Position numbers and translations under genes: made by a program. From Welwitschia mirabilis (lineage: Eukaryota), in NCBI GenBank assembly GCA_051453625.1, contig JBOZIK010000001.1:25087273-25146347 (forward strand): 59,075 nucleotides of DNA, given 5' to 3'. This document shows, one piece after another, positions 13,350 to 25,712 of the stretch. Every line of letters begins with the position of its first letter. The stretch's first letter is position 1. The notes beneath the pieces were generated by a model. The model saw only the letters and a list, made by a program, of their open reading frames with translations. It ran no database searches and had not been told where the DNA came from.

Positions 13350-13759
13350 GAAAATGCCTTGTGAATCGCTACCTAAATAAAGACATGTAAAAGGAAAATA
13401 GCTATGCTTAAAATGCCTCTACTTTCAAAGAAAAAAAATTGCCTTCTTACAGCAACTGCGCGCATTAGATTTTGTGATGTCTTAGCATGATATTTTTATT
13501 TTTGGCAATGTGTAAGCTTTTTTTTAAATAAGCTGAGCTTTTACAAAATTTATCTAATTAAATGCCTTAAAAGATGATGGCTTTTTTTTATTAAACACCT
13601 TAAAAGGTCAAAACCAGTTAAGATGTTTTTTCATAAATGCCTTAGAAAACTTTTAATATGGGCTTTTAAGGTGTTTATTTAAAAATTGGCTTAATTTTTT
13701 TTTAAAATTCAAGATGTTTATTGAAATGAATGCCTTAAAAGCCTTTATTTATTGTAGTG
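13350..13759. mobile_element. Right terminus of a CACTA (En/Spm) DNA transposon
   Basis: Ends ...tttattgTAGTG at 13759 (reverse complement CACTACAA). Subterminal repeats aaatgccttaaaag / aaacaccttaaaag occur in both orientations (about 13560, 13593, 13636, 13663rc, 13728). No matching left TIR found in the window. Confidence 0.8.
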
Positions 13760-14877
13760 TCATCTTCTTTGATTTCTATTTTCTCTTTAAGCCTAGGTTG
13801 CGTGGAGGATGATGATTATTCTACCACATTGGCTCTATGGGTATTACTTATCCTTTTCTTTCTATAATCTTTGATGAGATGGCTTCTCTTATGGTAATAG
13901 TGGCATTTTTGAATTTCTTTTCATTAGAATGAATCATATTAGGGGTTTCCTCTATCACCTCCTTGTCCTCTACCTTAGCCTCTACTCATCCCTCTTTCAT
14001 AGGATTTTCCTTTATCTCTTCTCCTAATAAATCCTCTACCTCTACTAGAATAGGATGTTTTCAAGTTAGTAGGGTTCTCATCCTTATTTTTCTTAACTAT
14101 GTATCATATTATGCTAGCTTTCTAGAGTGTTCTTCAAGGAAGAGGATCCCTAAATCTGACACATTATGGAGGGTAATAATAATTGGTTTGAATGGATTTA
14201 TTGAGGATCTTAGAATATTAAGAGTAATATCATTAATATTTATTTCAAAATATAGATTTTGCATTTTCTTAACTATATCCTTGACTCCTAAATGTATTCT
14301 TTTACATTCTCATTATCTTTCATTTTCATGTTGTTAAATTGGGTTTTAAGGTTTTATAACCTAATGGATTTCATATTCTCATGGACTTGGTAGACCTCAT
14401 ATAATCCTTTTGATAACCTATACATGGAGTCATATTCATTAATTTTCTTAAATCCATTATTAGACATACTAGAATAGATTATTTTTGTTACCCTAAAATA
14501 TTCTTTCCTACATTTTTCTTAATCTCTAGGATCATCCTTAGGTTTTACATAATCAAATTCAACTTCAATGTAATCCTAGAGCTCTTTGGATTTCAAGTAA
14601 ATTTTCATTCTTCTTTTCTAGACATCAAATGCATCAACATCAAACTAGGGAACTTTGCCTTTACCTATAATTTTAAGACAACAACTTGGAGGAGTGAAAC
14701 AGGAATGAATCAAGATCTAGATAATAAAGGGCTCTGCAAAGAAGTCAAATTTATAAAATCCATAACAAGAATCAAATGGAATTCAAAATTCAATGAGACT
14801 AGATTTGTAAATAGTCATTTATGATCTAATATAAATAAGATTTTATCAAATTAAGAAGGCTCTAGGCTCTAATACCA
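13760..14877 (-). mobile_element. Ty1/copia remnant: PBS plus degenerate gag, cut by the CACTA insertion
   Basis: PBS TGGTATTAGAGC at 14866-14877 (minus). UBN2-like FNNMKMKDNENV and NILRS, an RG-rich tract, and zinc knuckle KCHYYHKRSHLIKDY (decayed CX2CX4HX4C) at 13861-13906. Confidence 0.8.
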
Positions 14878-14880
14878 TAA

Positions 14881-16100
14881 TGAAGTTTTCAATGTTTTGA
14901 ATTTCATATAATTAGAACTTTTACAAATGATTATTATACAAACTTTTAAAACTAATATATAAAAATATTGAAAAGTATAAATGGGTTCAAAAATTAATAG
15001 TAAACTAATTTTAAAAAATGTTTATTTATGTGATTATTTATGTAAAAACAATCTTTAAACATGACTTATGTGGGCATTCACAAAATCATTTTTTTAAAAA
15101 TTAGAGTCTAAATTGATTAAGTATTTTAAAAGTAAATATATAATTATCAGAGATATCCTATATTAATATTAAAAAAGTGTAAACTAAAATGATTTAAAAA
15201 TAATTAAAAAACTAAAATCAATGAAAAAATAATCTCAAATCATCTTTAGACAATTTTAATTTCATTTTTTAAATGCTTCATAAATGAATAAAATTAATTA
15301 TAGAGAAACATCAAAAAGTTGATGTCATCATAGATCTTTCAAAAATAAGTGAACCACATATTGTAAGTTGAAATATGTACAACAAAAAATCAATTACAAG
15401 CCTGTTATTTTAATCTGATATCATTAATAATAATCTTTATATACTTTCATTTTAGAATCTTAAAAATAAAAATAGATGCACAAATAAATTCAAAGTAAAA
15501 TTAAAAAAATGGAAGAGTGTTGAGATTTTGAATAAAATTCAAATCTAATTCCACAATATTATTTTGTATTTGAAGTAGAATAATAATAATCCTTTTAAAA
15601 TAATGTAGAACTTTAATTTGCAAAATAGAAAAGCCATGAAAAGTTTGATAGCAAACATTTACTGTTAAAATATGAGACTTTTTTTTAAAAAATAATCAAA
15701 TTTAGAAAATTTATATAGAAACCTCTATAAAACTATTTAAAAAATAACAAAATTAATTCTTTTTTAAAGGATAATAAACTTGGAGATTCTCTATTAGTCG
15801 AATACGTGAGATGAAATTACAACAGCTATGTTTTCAATGAAAATCTCGAGCTACTACTTCTAAAATATTGATCATACTATGTATTCTCTACTATACATAA
15901 ATTCTAGAATGATGAAACTAGGTAGGGCTCAAACTCTTAATTTCACTATCAAAGAAGTAAAATGCACAAGACAGAGATGCAGATTAAGAGGAACTTTATA
16001 AGTCAATAAGTCGTTCTATTTTTTACTAGCATAAGATGCCTTATATATAGATTTTCCAAAGGATGATTTTAAAAAAAATACAACGCTTCTCTAGATTCAT
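14881..16100 (-). repeat. Probable 5' LTR of the minus-strand Copia (far end undefined; may contain an AT-rich insertion)
   Basis: CA end 3 nt from the PBS; TATA-like ctatatataa (minus) near 16041-16050. No partner LTR in the window. Confidence 0.35.
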
Positions 16101-16720
16101 GAATATTTGATTCTCAATGCTCCTCTTAAAAATCGTACTATGTTTATTTTTATACATGCCAATAAAAAGATACATCAATCCACATTCTAGGTTTATACAT
16201 AACAATTTCATTATCAATAAAACACCACCTTTCTTTTGAAATGGAAAATGTGGCAGCTATTTTTTATTTTTTCCATCTAGAGGAATTGAAATTTGGCATT
16301 GTAGTCATAGTTTATGGCATTTACAGAGTGCATACATCTTTACCTTTCTCTTGTTTAATAAACACATATTAATTCACACATAAGGATAGAAAGAAGCTTA
16401 GTACAATGGAAAACTATTTCAAGATTAAGAATAAGTAAAAGACTTTTAGAATTATCATAACAATTTTAGTCTATTTGTTGGTTTGCAAATCTATTGAAAG
16501 AAAGATATAGAAATGGTTTACCTTAACTTTGACTTCATACAGTAAAGTTATCTCAAATTAAAAAGAATAACTATGACTATTATGCACTTCATATATTGTA
16601 CAAAATTAGATTACATTTTAAGGATTATGAAAAATAAAATAAAACATGGAGTTTACATATGAAGAAATGGGCATTGAATTAGTATCTTAAATGTGGTATG
16701 AAGTAACATAAGATCCCATG

Positions 16721-16887
16721 TACTAAGGCTAGTACACATTGTGGCTCCATGCATAAGGATTCTTGAAAACCCTAATTATGTGCTTGCCTATTTAAGTAAG
16801 CTCTTTGTTTGAATGAAAAGAGGATAAATAAAATTTATGATTTAAAAATTTTATGGTCTTAATTTTTAGCATGTTTATTTCTTAACA
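16721..16887 (+). repeat. 5' LTR of Copia F
   Basis: 167 bp, colinear with 22976-23142, ends TAACA, followed by the Met-PBS. Confidence 0.9.
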
Positions 16888-19800
16888 AGTGGTATCAGAT
16901 CTTGCAGGATAGGGTTCCTAAAGCTTCTTAGCAAATCCTTAAGGACTTGTACTTCTCATTGCCTCTTACATACTTTTGTATGAGTTTTTATTAGATCTGT
17001 TTGTTAGATCTAAAGTTTTATGCATAGTTTTCTAAAATTTTATTTAAGCTTTTTGATTATGATCTACTAGTTTCTTGCTCTAAACTATATTTTTATTAGA
17101 TTCATTTACTATTTTATTGAATTTGTCCTACCTTTGATCAGAGTTTTCAAGTTTCTTATTGATCTTCTTATGGTCTATTGACTAATTGCTCCTTTGTCCT
17201 TGGCTTATTCTTAATTAAAAGAAGCAGAGAGAAGAGCACTACTATTTTACTCTACTATTATTCTCTTCTATGAGTGCTCTTATCTATTAAGGGAGAGGAA
17301 GAAACATTAAAGCTGCTACATTGAATTTTGAAATCAATCATTAGCTAAACCTCTATCTATGCTAGCATAATCCTCTTCCTACTTTATCACCTGTTATATT
17401 CTTATAATCTCTTAACTTTTGATTATTGCTCACCTATCCATTACCTCGTCCTCTTGCTCATGTGCTTGTGTTGCATGTGTTAACTTGCATTACTTGTCCA
17501 TGCTTCCACGATGTGCTTGCTATTATCAACTTTGTGCTAGTCCTTATGCCCTATGTGTTTGTGATATGTTCCTAGCCATGCACTACCTCTAGTTGTTGGC
17601 ACTACATCCTTTGCATCTACATTATTGCACTAGTGCATGTACTCTTTTTTCTGTGTCTAGTTTGCATTACCACTTCTATCTGCCTATGCATCTAGTTCTT
17701 TTATGTTGTCCAACCATGCTCTTATGTTCACAATTGTGGCACTTTCTATCTGTGCTCTACTATCATTGAACTCCGTGTGCTACTTATAGCCATGTCTACA
17801 TGCTCTTTCGGCTATTATGTGTATCCTTATATCCTTTGTTGCTAGATGGTAATCTCTTCTATAATCTGCCTAAACTTTGATCATTGCTAGTCTGCATTCC
17901 TACTAGACCATTTTTGTGTTCTTACTAACTTTGGTCTACCTAAGATCCTTTACCTATAAGTTGTCTCTTGTTGCCGAATCTCATTGCCTATGCACCAATG
18001 CAACCACCACCACTACAACCACCATAGCCATAGGATCTTCTGATTCATTATAAAAGATTTTTTTAATAGTTTTTTTTTTGAAGTTTTTTAATTATGAACA
18101 CAACCATTAATGTAGTGGTAGAGTTGTTTGATTATAAATTAGGAAGTTCAGTGTTTGGTTCTTAGTGGGGTAAAAATATAGATCTTTTAAATTTGTGCTA
18201 ATTGTTTCACATGTAGGATTGCTAAGCAATTACTTAGCCATTGTCCATTTTTACTTGCATGTGTTTAGTTGAGCCATTACTTAGCCATTAGCCTTGTTTT
18301 TTGCACATTGGTAGTTTTTAGCTTTTTGCTATTTTTAAGCTATTTTTTAATTTTCTTAAGTTTTTTGGACATGTTTCACACTTATAAGCCTCAAAATTAG
18401 TCTCTTAAGCATTTTTTATGATTTTTAAAGGTTTTTGGATAATTTTTGCTAATGGTGAGCCTTAATCTTCTTTTCGTCCTCATCAAGTTAAGTTTGGAAT
18501 GTAGGATAAGATCTAATGGACTTGATTTTTCTCTTACTTAGACTTATTTTGTGATTTGAATAGTTTAAGATAAGTCTGAGATTTGAGTAAGATCCACTTA
18601 GCTTAACTATACCAAGCTAAACCCTATCCTCATGTGTTTTTTTGATTTTTTCCTTTTCTTTTTCTCACACTTAAATCTTAGTTTTTTGTGATTAAGGTTT
18701 AAAATTGAAAATTACTTTCACCCCTAAATACATCAAATTTTACATTGGTAATAAGTCTTAGTTGATAGTGGACACAAGAAGCCTTACATAGACAACGATC
18801 CATGTCAGGCTACATTACCCTCTGAGCTTGTTATGCAGTCTTAACTCTCTTAACTGTGAAGTTTAGACCATATCAAAAGCCATATCTCTCTTATGTAAAA
18901 ACATCTTAAGTGTTCCAAGGTCTAAATTCCCACATATACTTTGATAATTCATTCTATATTAGGTGAATGCCAAAGGTACAATTATATGATCGACTCAGAT
19001 TTCATCATCAAGCTGATAGGGAGTCATAAGTATAATTAATTTTAAAATTTACTAAAGGTATAAGTAGATTACTAACATTACATGGTACTCTTTCTTAAGG
19101 AGGGTATATAGCTAAGGTAACCAAAACTTGCTAACGACTAGACATACCATTGAGGTAATTCACATGTTTATCCTTTTATTCCTTTATAAGATAAAGGTAC
19201 CATTCTTAGAGAGGACATAATCACTACATGGATTTTGGAGTAGGCTCTAAAACTAATAAAATTTCATTTTTATCACCTAGTAATCAAATCAATACCCTTT
19301 GCATTAAAATTTACCTTGTTTACATTAAGAATTTTTTAATGAATTACCTCGTTTGTTCTTGTGTGCATAGGTTTTTAGCTATTTCAAGGGATAAGGGAAG
19401 GGGGGAAAGGGGGGGTGGGAGGTGGTGGTTTGTCTTTGTTATCATACATTATGGTTTAGATAGATTATTTAGGTTTTTGGGATTGATTCTTTTTTGTTGT
19501 GGCTATACCTCTCCCTCGTGACTTTGTTTCTTTTATTAAATTATAACTTGGATAGATCATTTAAACTTGTGAATAAAAGTGAGATTCATTTCAGGTTACT
19601 ATACCATTGTCTTTAATTTTTTCTTATTTTTTATTCTTTTGAATTTTAATGAGTTTTTTTATGGATTTGATAGATCACTTTTTCAGTAGTGAATGTGAGA
19701 AAGATTTCTTTAAAATTGGACTTTACCTTATAACTTGTTGATCCTATTTTCTTTTTTTAGTATTCATCATGTTTATGATATTAAAAGATAGGTTCTAAAT

Positions 19801-19903
19801 TTTATCAGATAGCTTCATACAGATATTAACTACTAGAATGATGATCAACCTTAGAGTAAACTTAAATGATGATTAGAGTTGGAAGGATTGGAATGAGGAC
19901 TTT

Positions 19904-22610
19904 ATGTCAACAATGTTATATATGGTTTCGATACAGATTATTTCAAAACAAAGCATGCTTATCTTCAAAATTTAAATGAAAAAAATGCATGGCAAGCCAT
20001 TAACCAAAGATCATAGAGATAATGCATAAATCAATGGCTATTTCATGTAAAATGTTAGTTAATAGAATTAAGTCTTGTTATATCAACTATTGTACTTTGC
20101 GGGATATATTTTATGCAAAGAATGATCGAGAACTAATTAACTTATTATGAGCATGAACAACCTTCATTATGAAAAGGGAAAAATGCATCATCTCATAGCT
20201 TAGATGATGGATATTAAAGTAAATATTACTAAGATAGACCCAATGAATATAGTTTGCATTAATTACATTAACTTGATTAATTGTTCTTTGGAGGATCCAT
20301 TTTTTCATAGCTACATTCTATGTTTTCATGAAAATAAATAGCTATCCACTATGAACTTTGACATGCTCAATAAGAATCTTATTACACAAAATTCTAATTT
20401 AACTTCAGAAGCTCCTCATCCTCTAATACAACATCCAAAGTTTCTTATTCTTGTGAATATCCTCCTAAACATACAGAGTATTTTAGTAACTCTCATCCAT
20501 CAAAAGAATCTTANNNNGAAAAGGATATATAGTAATAGTGAAAAAAGACTAATAAAATTTAGCCAAATAAGAACTATTTTTAACATACTACTCCTCCAAA
20601 GAAAAACAAATATCAGTGCTCATAATGCAGACGATAAGGTTAAATCATGAACTTCTATTCCATACCTTGAAAAAAGATTAAATCTACGCCTAACAGTGAT
20701 GTAGTTATTAAAGACTTTAACTTCCTTTCTAATGAAAATATTGAGTCAAATGCCATTTTTAACAATTCTGACTTTGTTATTATGAGTGAGCACATACCTC
20801 ATGATGAGACCTTGATTTTTGACACAGGTGCTACTTGTCACATCATTTATCGACATGATTAGTTTGGTCACCTTGTTGAAATATCAAGTTAGGTTTTTTT
20901 GATAGGCAGGACTCTAGTTCCACTAGAAGGCTATGGTTTAATTACTCTTAACTTAACATCGCTCTCTTCATAGATTATTTCTAAAGTTCTGTATGTGTAT
21001 TCTTTAAGATTGCATATTTTATTACTTTCCACTCTAGTATGAGAAGACCACTTAATTTCTATAATGAAGCATTTAATGAAGATTTTTAATTCCAATAAAC
21101 AACCAGTTATGAAAGGCTACATTCATGGAAAACTCATTTATCTTTAAGGTTATGTCAAAATGCATAAGATCACTTACATAGTTTTCAAAGACGAAATCTC
21201 TCCCTTGCTACTATGGCATGCTTGATTAGAACATCCTACTCCTTACATAATGAATGCAATACATGAGAATGAATAATAGATCTTTTCATCCATTCCATAG
21301 GATTTTCCTCAATGTGAAGCATGTATATGGGTAAAGCAACTAGATAATAGTTTACATCAAGTAAGTGGCATGTCGATCTAAAGATTCTACTAACTCACAG
21401 TGATCTATATGGGTCTATGCCAGTTTCTACTCTCTAAGGTAAATTTAATTATTTTATATCCTTTATTGATAACTATTGACAAATGATTTGGGTATATTTT
21501 ATCAAGTTAAAATCTCAAAACTTTAACATTTTCAATATGTTTAAACTCAAAGAATAAAGTGGAAAAACAAGTTGATTATTAGATTAAGAGTTTTCACTTA
21601 AATAACAATGGTGAATATACATATACTCAGTTCAAGGACTTATTCATTTTGAAGGAATTTATCATTTGACAACCTACCCTAGGACACCTCAACAAAATGG
21701 CATCATTGAGTATTTGAATTACAAAATCATGGATATGATGTATTCCATGATGTATTTTAGTGCTGTAAAACCTATCATTGAGGTGAAGTAGTGAATATCG
21801 CTATGCATCTTAATAATAACATTAAACGATATACTAAAAAAGGAGTATCTCTAGCTAGGAAGTGGTATGGATATAAGCCAAAATTATACCAATTTTGTAT
21901 TTTTGATTGCAATTTTTACATCCATATTATATGTGAACATTATGATAAATTGGTAGCACATGCTCATATTAGTATATTTATGGGATATTCAGCTGACTAG
22001 AAGGGTTATCGAGTTCATCTTTCAGAGCATTAAAAGATTATTATTTCTCATGATGTCATTCTTTTAGATACTTTGAATAATGATTCTCAACTTAATCTTT
22101 TAAAGCTTCATCCTACCTCTAACCTAGTAACCATATTGGATGCTTAATGCCCTATAGTTGAAGGAAAATATGTAGCCACTAGTATTGCTCTAGTTTCTTC
22201 TATTGATATGACTTATTTGCAAACTATAAAAACTGAATAATTTGGTGCTCTAAGCATCTGTAATCATGGTTTTAATAGCAATTTAGTAGGTTATTTGACA
22301 AAAGAATCTAATCAGATATAGCTTACATACAACTGATAATGATGATGTTGTTGAGCTTTATTTAATTTTTGATGCTAAACCAACTTCTTTGAAAGACATC
22401 ATTCCACACAGTAAATGGATCCAAGCCATGAAAGAAGAATACCATGATCTTGTAGAAAATGGTACATGGAAGCTAGTCCATAAAATTAAGGAACTTATAT
22501 AGCATGAAGTCATTACACTAGTACATCATCTAATTATAGAACCAACAACTATTGCTCAAACAAAGATCCCTAGTTGAGAGAAGTTTTAGTATTTCCAATC
22601 TAAGATTATA
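19904..22610 (+). pseudogene. Degenerate Copia gag-pol: gag, protease, integrase, start of RT fused to the RNase H C-terminus
   Basis: AYLQNLNEKNAWQAI (gag); IFDTGATCHI (protease, ~20815); LWHA*LEHP and CEACI (zinc finger); HSDLYG, NNGEY, TPQQNG (integrase); IFMGYS..KGYR; WIQAMKEEY..LVENGTWKLV followed directly by HKIKELI..ITLVH..TK...KF. Confidence 0.9.
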
Positions 22611-22975
22611 TTGATAATGAGTTAAGTCAAACTCATTTCTTTTTTATACATCATGGGCGTCGTTTAATTTTTGAGTATCTGATTAAAGTCACATCTAATC
22701 CTAATACTATGGGTTCTATAGGAGAAATATGGCCTATTACTACAGGATGTGTAGTACACATTTTTGCCTAGCATTATGGTATGTAAAATGCACATAAATA
22801 AGCTTATATGCTATGGGATATGTAGCATTAAATTGATTGCTTCTTTTATAAAGTAGTTCCCTTACATGGTAACTCCTTTCTGGATGTTTTATTATAGGTC
22901 ACATTCTTAAGGTTTTTCATTGGGCACTCTAGTTTTTCTTTGGAAGAGAATGCATTTCCACATTAAAGGAAAAAT

Positions 22976-23142
22976 TGTTAAGCCTAGTACACATCGTGGT
23001 TCCACGCTTAGGGATTCATTAAAATCCTAGTGATGTGCTTATCTATTTAAGCAAGCTCTTTGTTTAAATAAGAAGAGAAAAAATAAACTTTATGATTTGG
23101 AAATATTGTGCTTTTGATTTTTGGCATTCTTATTTCCTAACA
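22976..23142 (+). repeat. 3' LTR of Copia F
   Basis: TGTTA...TAACA, 167 bp, preceded by a purine tract. Confidence 0.9.
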
Positions 23143-23759
23143 CTGTGCATGGGAAATCTTGTATTACCTAATTAAAGCAAAATGATTTTTTCAAAACACT
23201 GAAATGTGCAAAATAGATAATGATGGGTAATGTTTTAAACTTACACAGATATGGGATAATGTATTTTAAGGCATCTTTAATAGCTAGTTATTTAGCAATA
23301 TTTTTTATAAAACAAGATTTTAACTACAATCACATAACCTCATCATACATATTCATTAATAATTATGGATGTTTATTTTATTGTAAAACCTTAATATCAT
23401 AATTTTCATCAGTTATATTAGTAATGTATGATGATTTTACTCCTACTTTCTATTATATATACATAACTTTTTATTTCTTTAATTTAGAATTTTAATAATT
23501 AAGTTGATTAATACCTTTAATTATTATTATATATTCTATTATAAACTCAGTAGTTTTAATGATAAAGATGATTGTAATAAGAACAAAGTCTAGTACCTTC
23601 TTTAAATATAAACTTATATTAATAGAACATATGATCCTTTAAATAAATGAATATTAATGCATTAATTTGTAATCTCTAGCATAAATATCATGTATTTTAG
23701 TAATTTAAGACTTATAATAATAGAATTAAGATTAATAATAGCATAAATTTATTACACTT

Positions 23760-24468
23760 TTCAAAGAATGCCAAGGATGAACATTTTGATGCTACAATAA
23801 GAACTGATTTAGAATTCATAGTGCTAAAATATTTGTAAAAATTCTTAAATTATATAAAAACTAAAACATTTTCTTCATATAGTTCTTTCTAGTCAAAGGA
23901 CACTAGGAAATGGGAAAAAAAATCATATTAAAGAAAGATAGTAAAGGTAAGTAAAGAGATGAAAAGATTTGTCAAGGATATTTAGACATTGAAATTACTA
24001 AAACCTATAGCCAACGTTATCAAAGAAGAAATACTAGAAGATAATATGTATGGGTATAATGAGATATTTAAAACCTACTTCAAAAAAAGAATAACATATT
24101 TAGTAATTAACATATTAAAACATAGAATTATAAAGACATTGAGAAAAAATAAAAAATAAAAATAGAGATATCAATTTAAGTTTAAATCAAGAAAGGAGAA
24201 ATTAGATCAACCAAATCTAGAATAATAGATCAGATATATTGAAAGGATCAGGGAGATTATACACCACTGATATATGATCATGTTTCTTAGCTAACAGAAA
24301 CTAGTCCAATAAACCTTGATGTTTAGAAAAATACTTTGATGTCATAAGATGTAATAAAGATAATGTGATGGAAGATGATTTAAAACTATAATATGAAATG
24401 GGAAAAGTAAAAAAGAGCATCAATATCAAATTAATACCCACTTTTAAAAAAAATAAATCTAAATATCC
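23760..24468 (+). pseudogene. Possible very old LINE (L1-type) endonuclease remnant
   Basis: KSRIIDQIY...DH (cf. SRID....SDH) near 24210-24285, then WEK*K; weak, by-eye similarity only. Confidence 0.25.
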
Positions 24469-25712
24469 TATTACACTACCAAATTATATGTAGTTTATAG
24501 GATATTTTAAGTAGTTTTATAGGACATTAAATAGATTTATGCTAAGTTTTGATCATAATAAAGAGCTAAGATAAATATCATGAAAACATGCAAGATTCAT
24601 TATATTTGATAGCAATTTAGGCAAAATATAATATTTTCTATCTAAATCAAAAACCTTATAATCAAAGAGGCTAATCTGTTGTAAGAAACATCTTTATAAA
24701 GCCCATCATCCACCTTATTGTCTGAATCATAGTATAGATGAGAAAAGAACTTATGCTAACTAGAATGCTTACTAGACTAATCTGGTAGCTAATGTGGATC
24801 CTGTATGATATGGAATCATCTCCTGTAACATTCAAATGACTAGTAGGATGACACCTAAAAATAATACTTCACTAAACTTCATCAAACTTTCGTCATGTGT
24901 TTTTCACCTTCTTGCATGATTATTAGGGTTTTACTGCATGTTAGTGTTTGCTATTTTTAGAGTCTATTAATATAATAAATACCTTCTTTATCCTTGGATA
25001 TGACTTTATCTTCTTTGGCATTAAAATTATCATGACAAGAGATTAAAAGGCAAGAGGTTCATTTCTTGTTATTTTAGAGAGATGGATTACTTAGTATTGA
25101 GCTGTGTATCCTTCATTGAGATGTTGCTGCTTAGTAATACAAATTTGGTTTGACTTAATCAAAACTCTATTTTCTCTTTTCATATCTTTTATTATGTGCA
25201 TCTCCATTATGGTTTATATTACTTTTAATCATGTGATAGCTTCATTTATGATATAAATCATGAGAGCAACATTTGTTAAGGTTTATATTATTAGTTTAGA
25301 TGCATTGCATTTCATTTTCTAGATTAACTTTACATTCTTTCATATTCTACTTAACACACTTAATAGCTTAGGTTGGTTTTGATCTAGTGACAGCTTTTCT
25401 TGATTGATATAGATTATACAAGACTGATCTCTATGATAATTTGATTTAATAATTGAATAGATGTTGCATTCAGAATAGAACTTATATCTCATTTTCATAG
25501 TGTATTTATTTGAATTGTTATTATTTTACTTAGAGATTATATAAGTATTTTGTTTTGAAATTAGTTCTCTTTCTTCTCACCTATGCCTTTAATAGAATTA
25601 TGATATTTGAGTGACTCTCATCTATATTATTGTATTGCATTATGAAATATATATATTTTGGTGATTTTTAGGATTTAGTTGAGGATACAATATCTATACA
25701 TGCACCACAACA
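24469..25712 (+). repeat. LTR, family B (copy 1)
   Basis: Homologous to 27351-28586 and 58171-59075. Confidence 0.9.

Larger units (their letters stand above)
16721..23142 (+). mobile_element. Ty1/copia element F with 167-bp LTRs, RT-deleted
   Basis: LTR pair 16721-16887 / 22976-23142, PBS TGGTATCAGATC at 16890, PPT 22965-22974, TSD ccatg/ctgtg, domain order gag-PR-IN-(RT)-RH. Confidence 0.92.

Noticed and set aside
13963-14337. 124-aa plus-strand ORF
   Set aside because: Antisense shadow of the Copia gag. The minus-strand ORFs over D pol (37244-41556) are the same kind of artefact.
18790-18915. HVRLHYPLSL..ISKAISLL resembling LINE ORF1 DUF4283
   Set aside because: Too few matching residues and no zinc knuckle or other LINE context.
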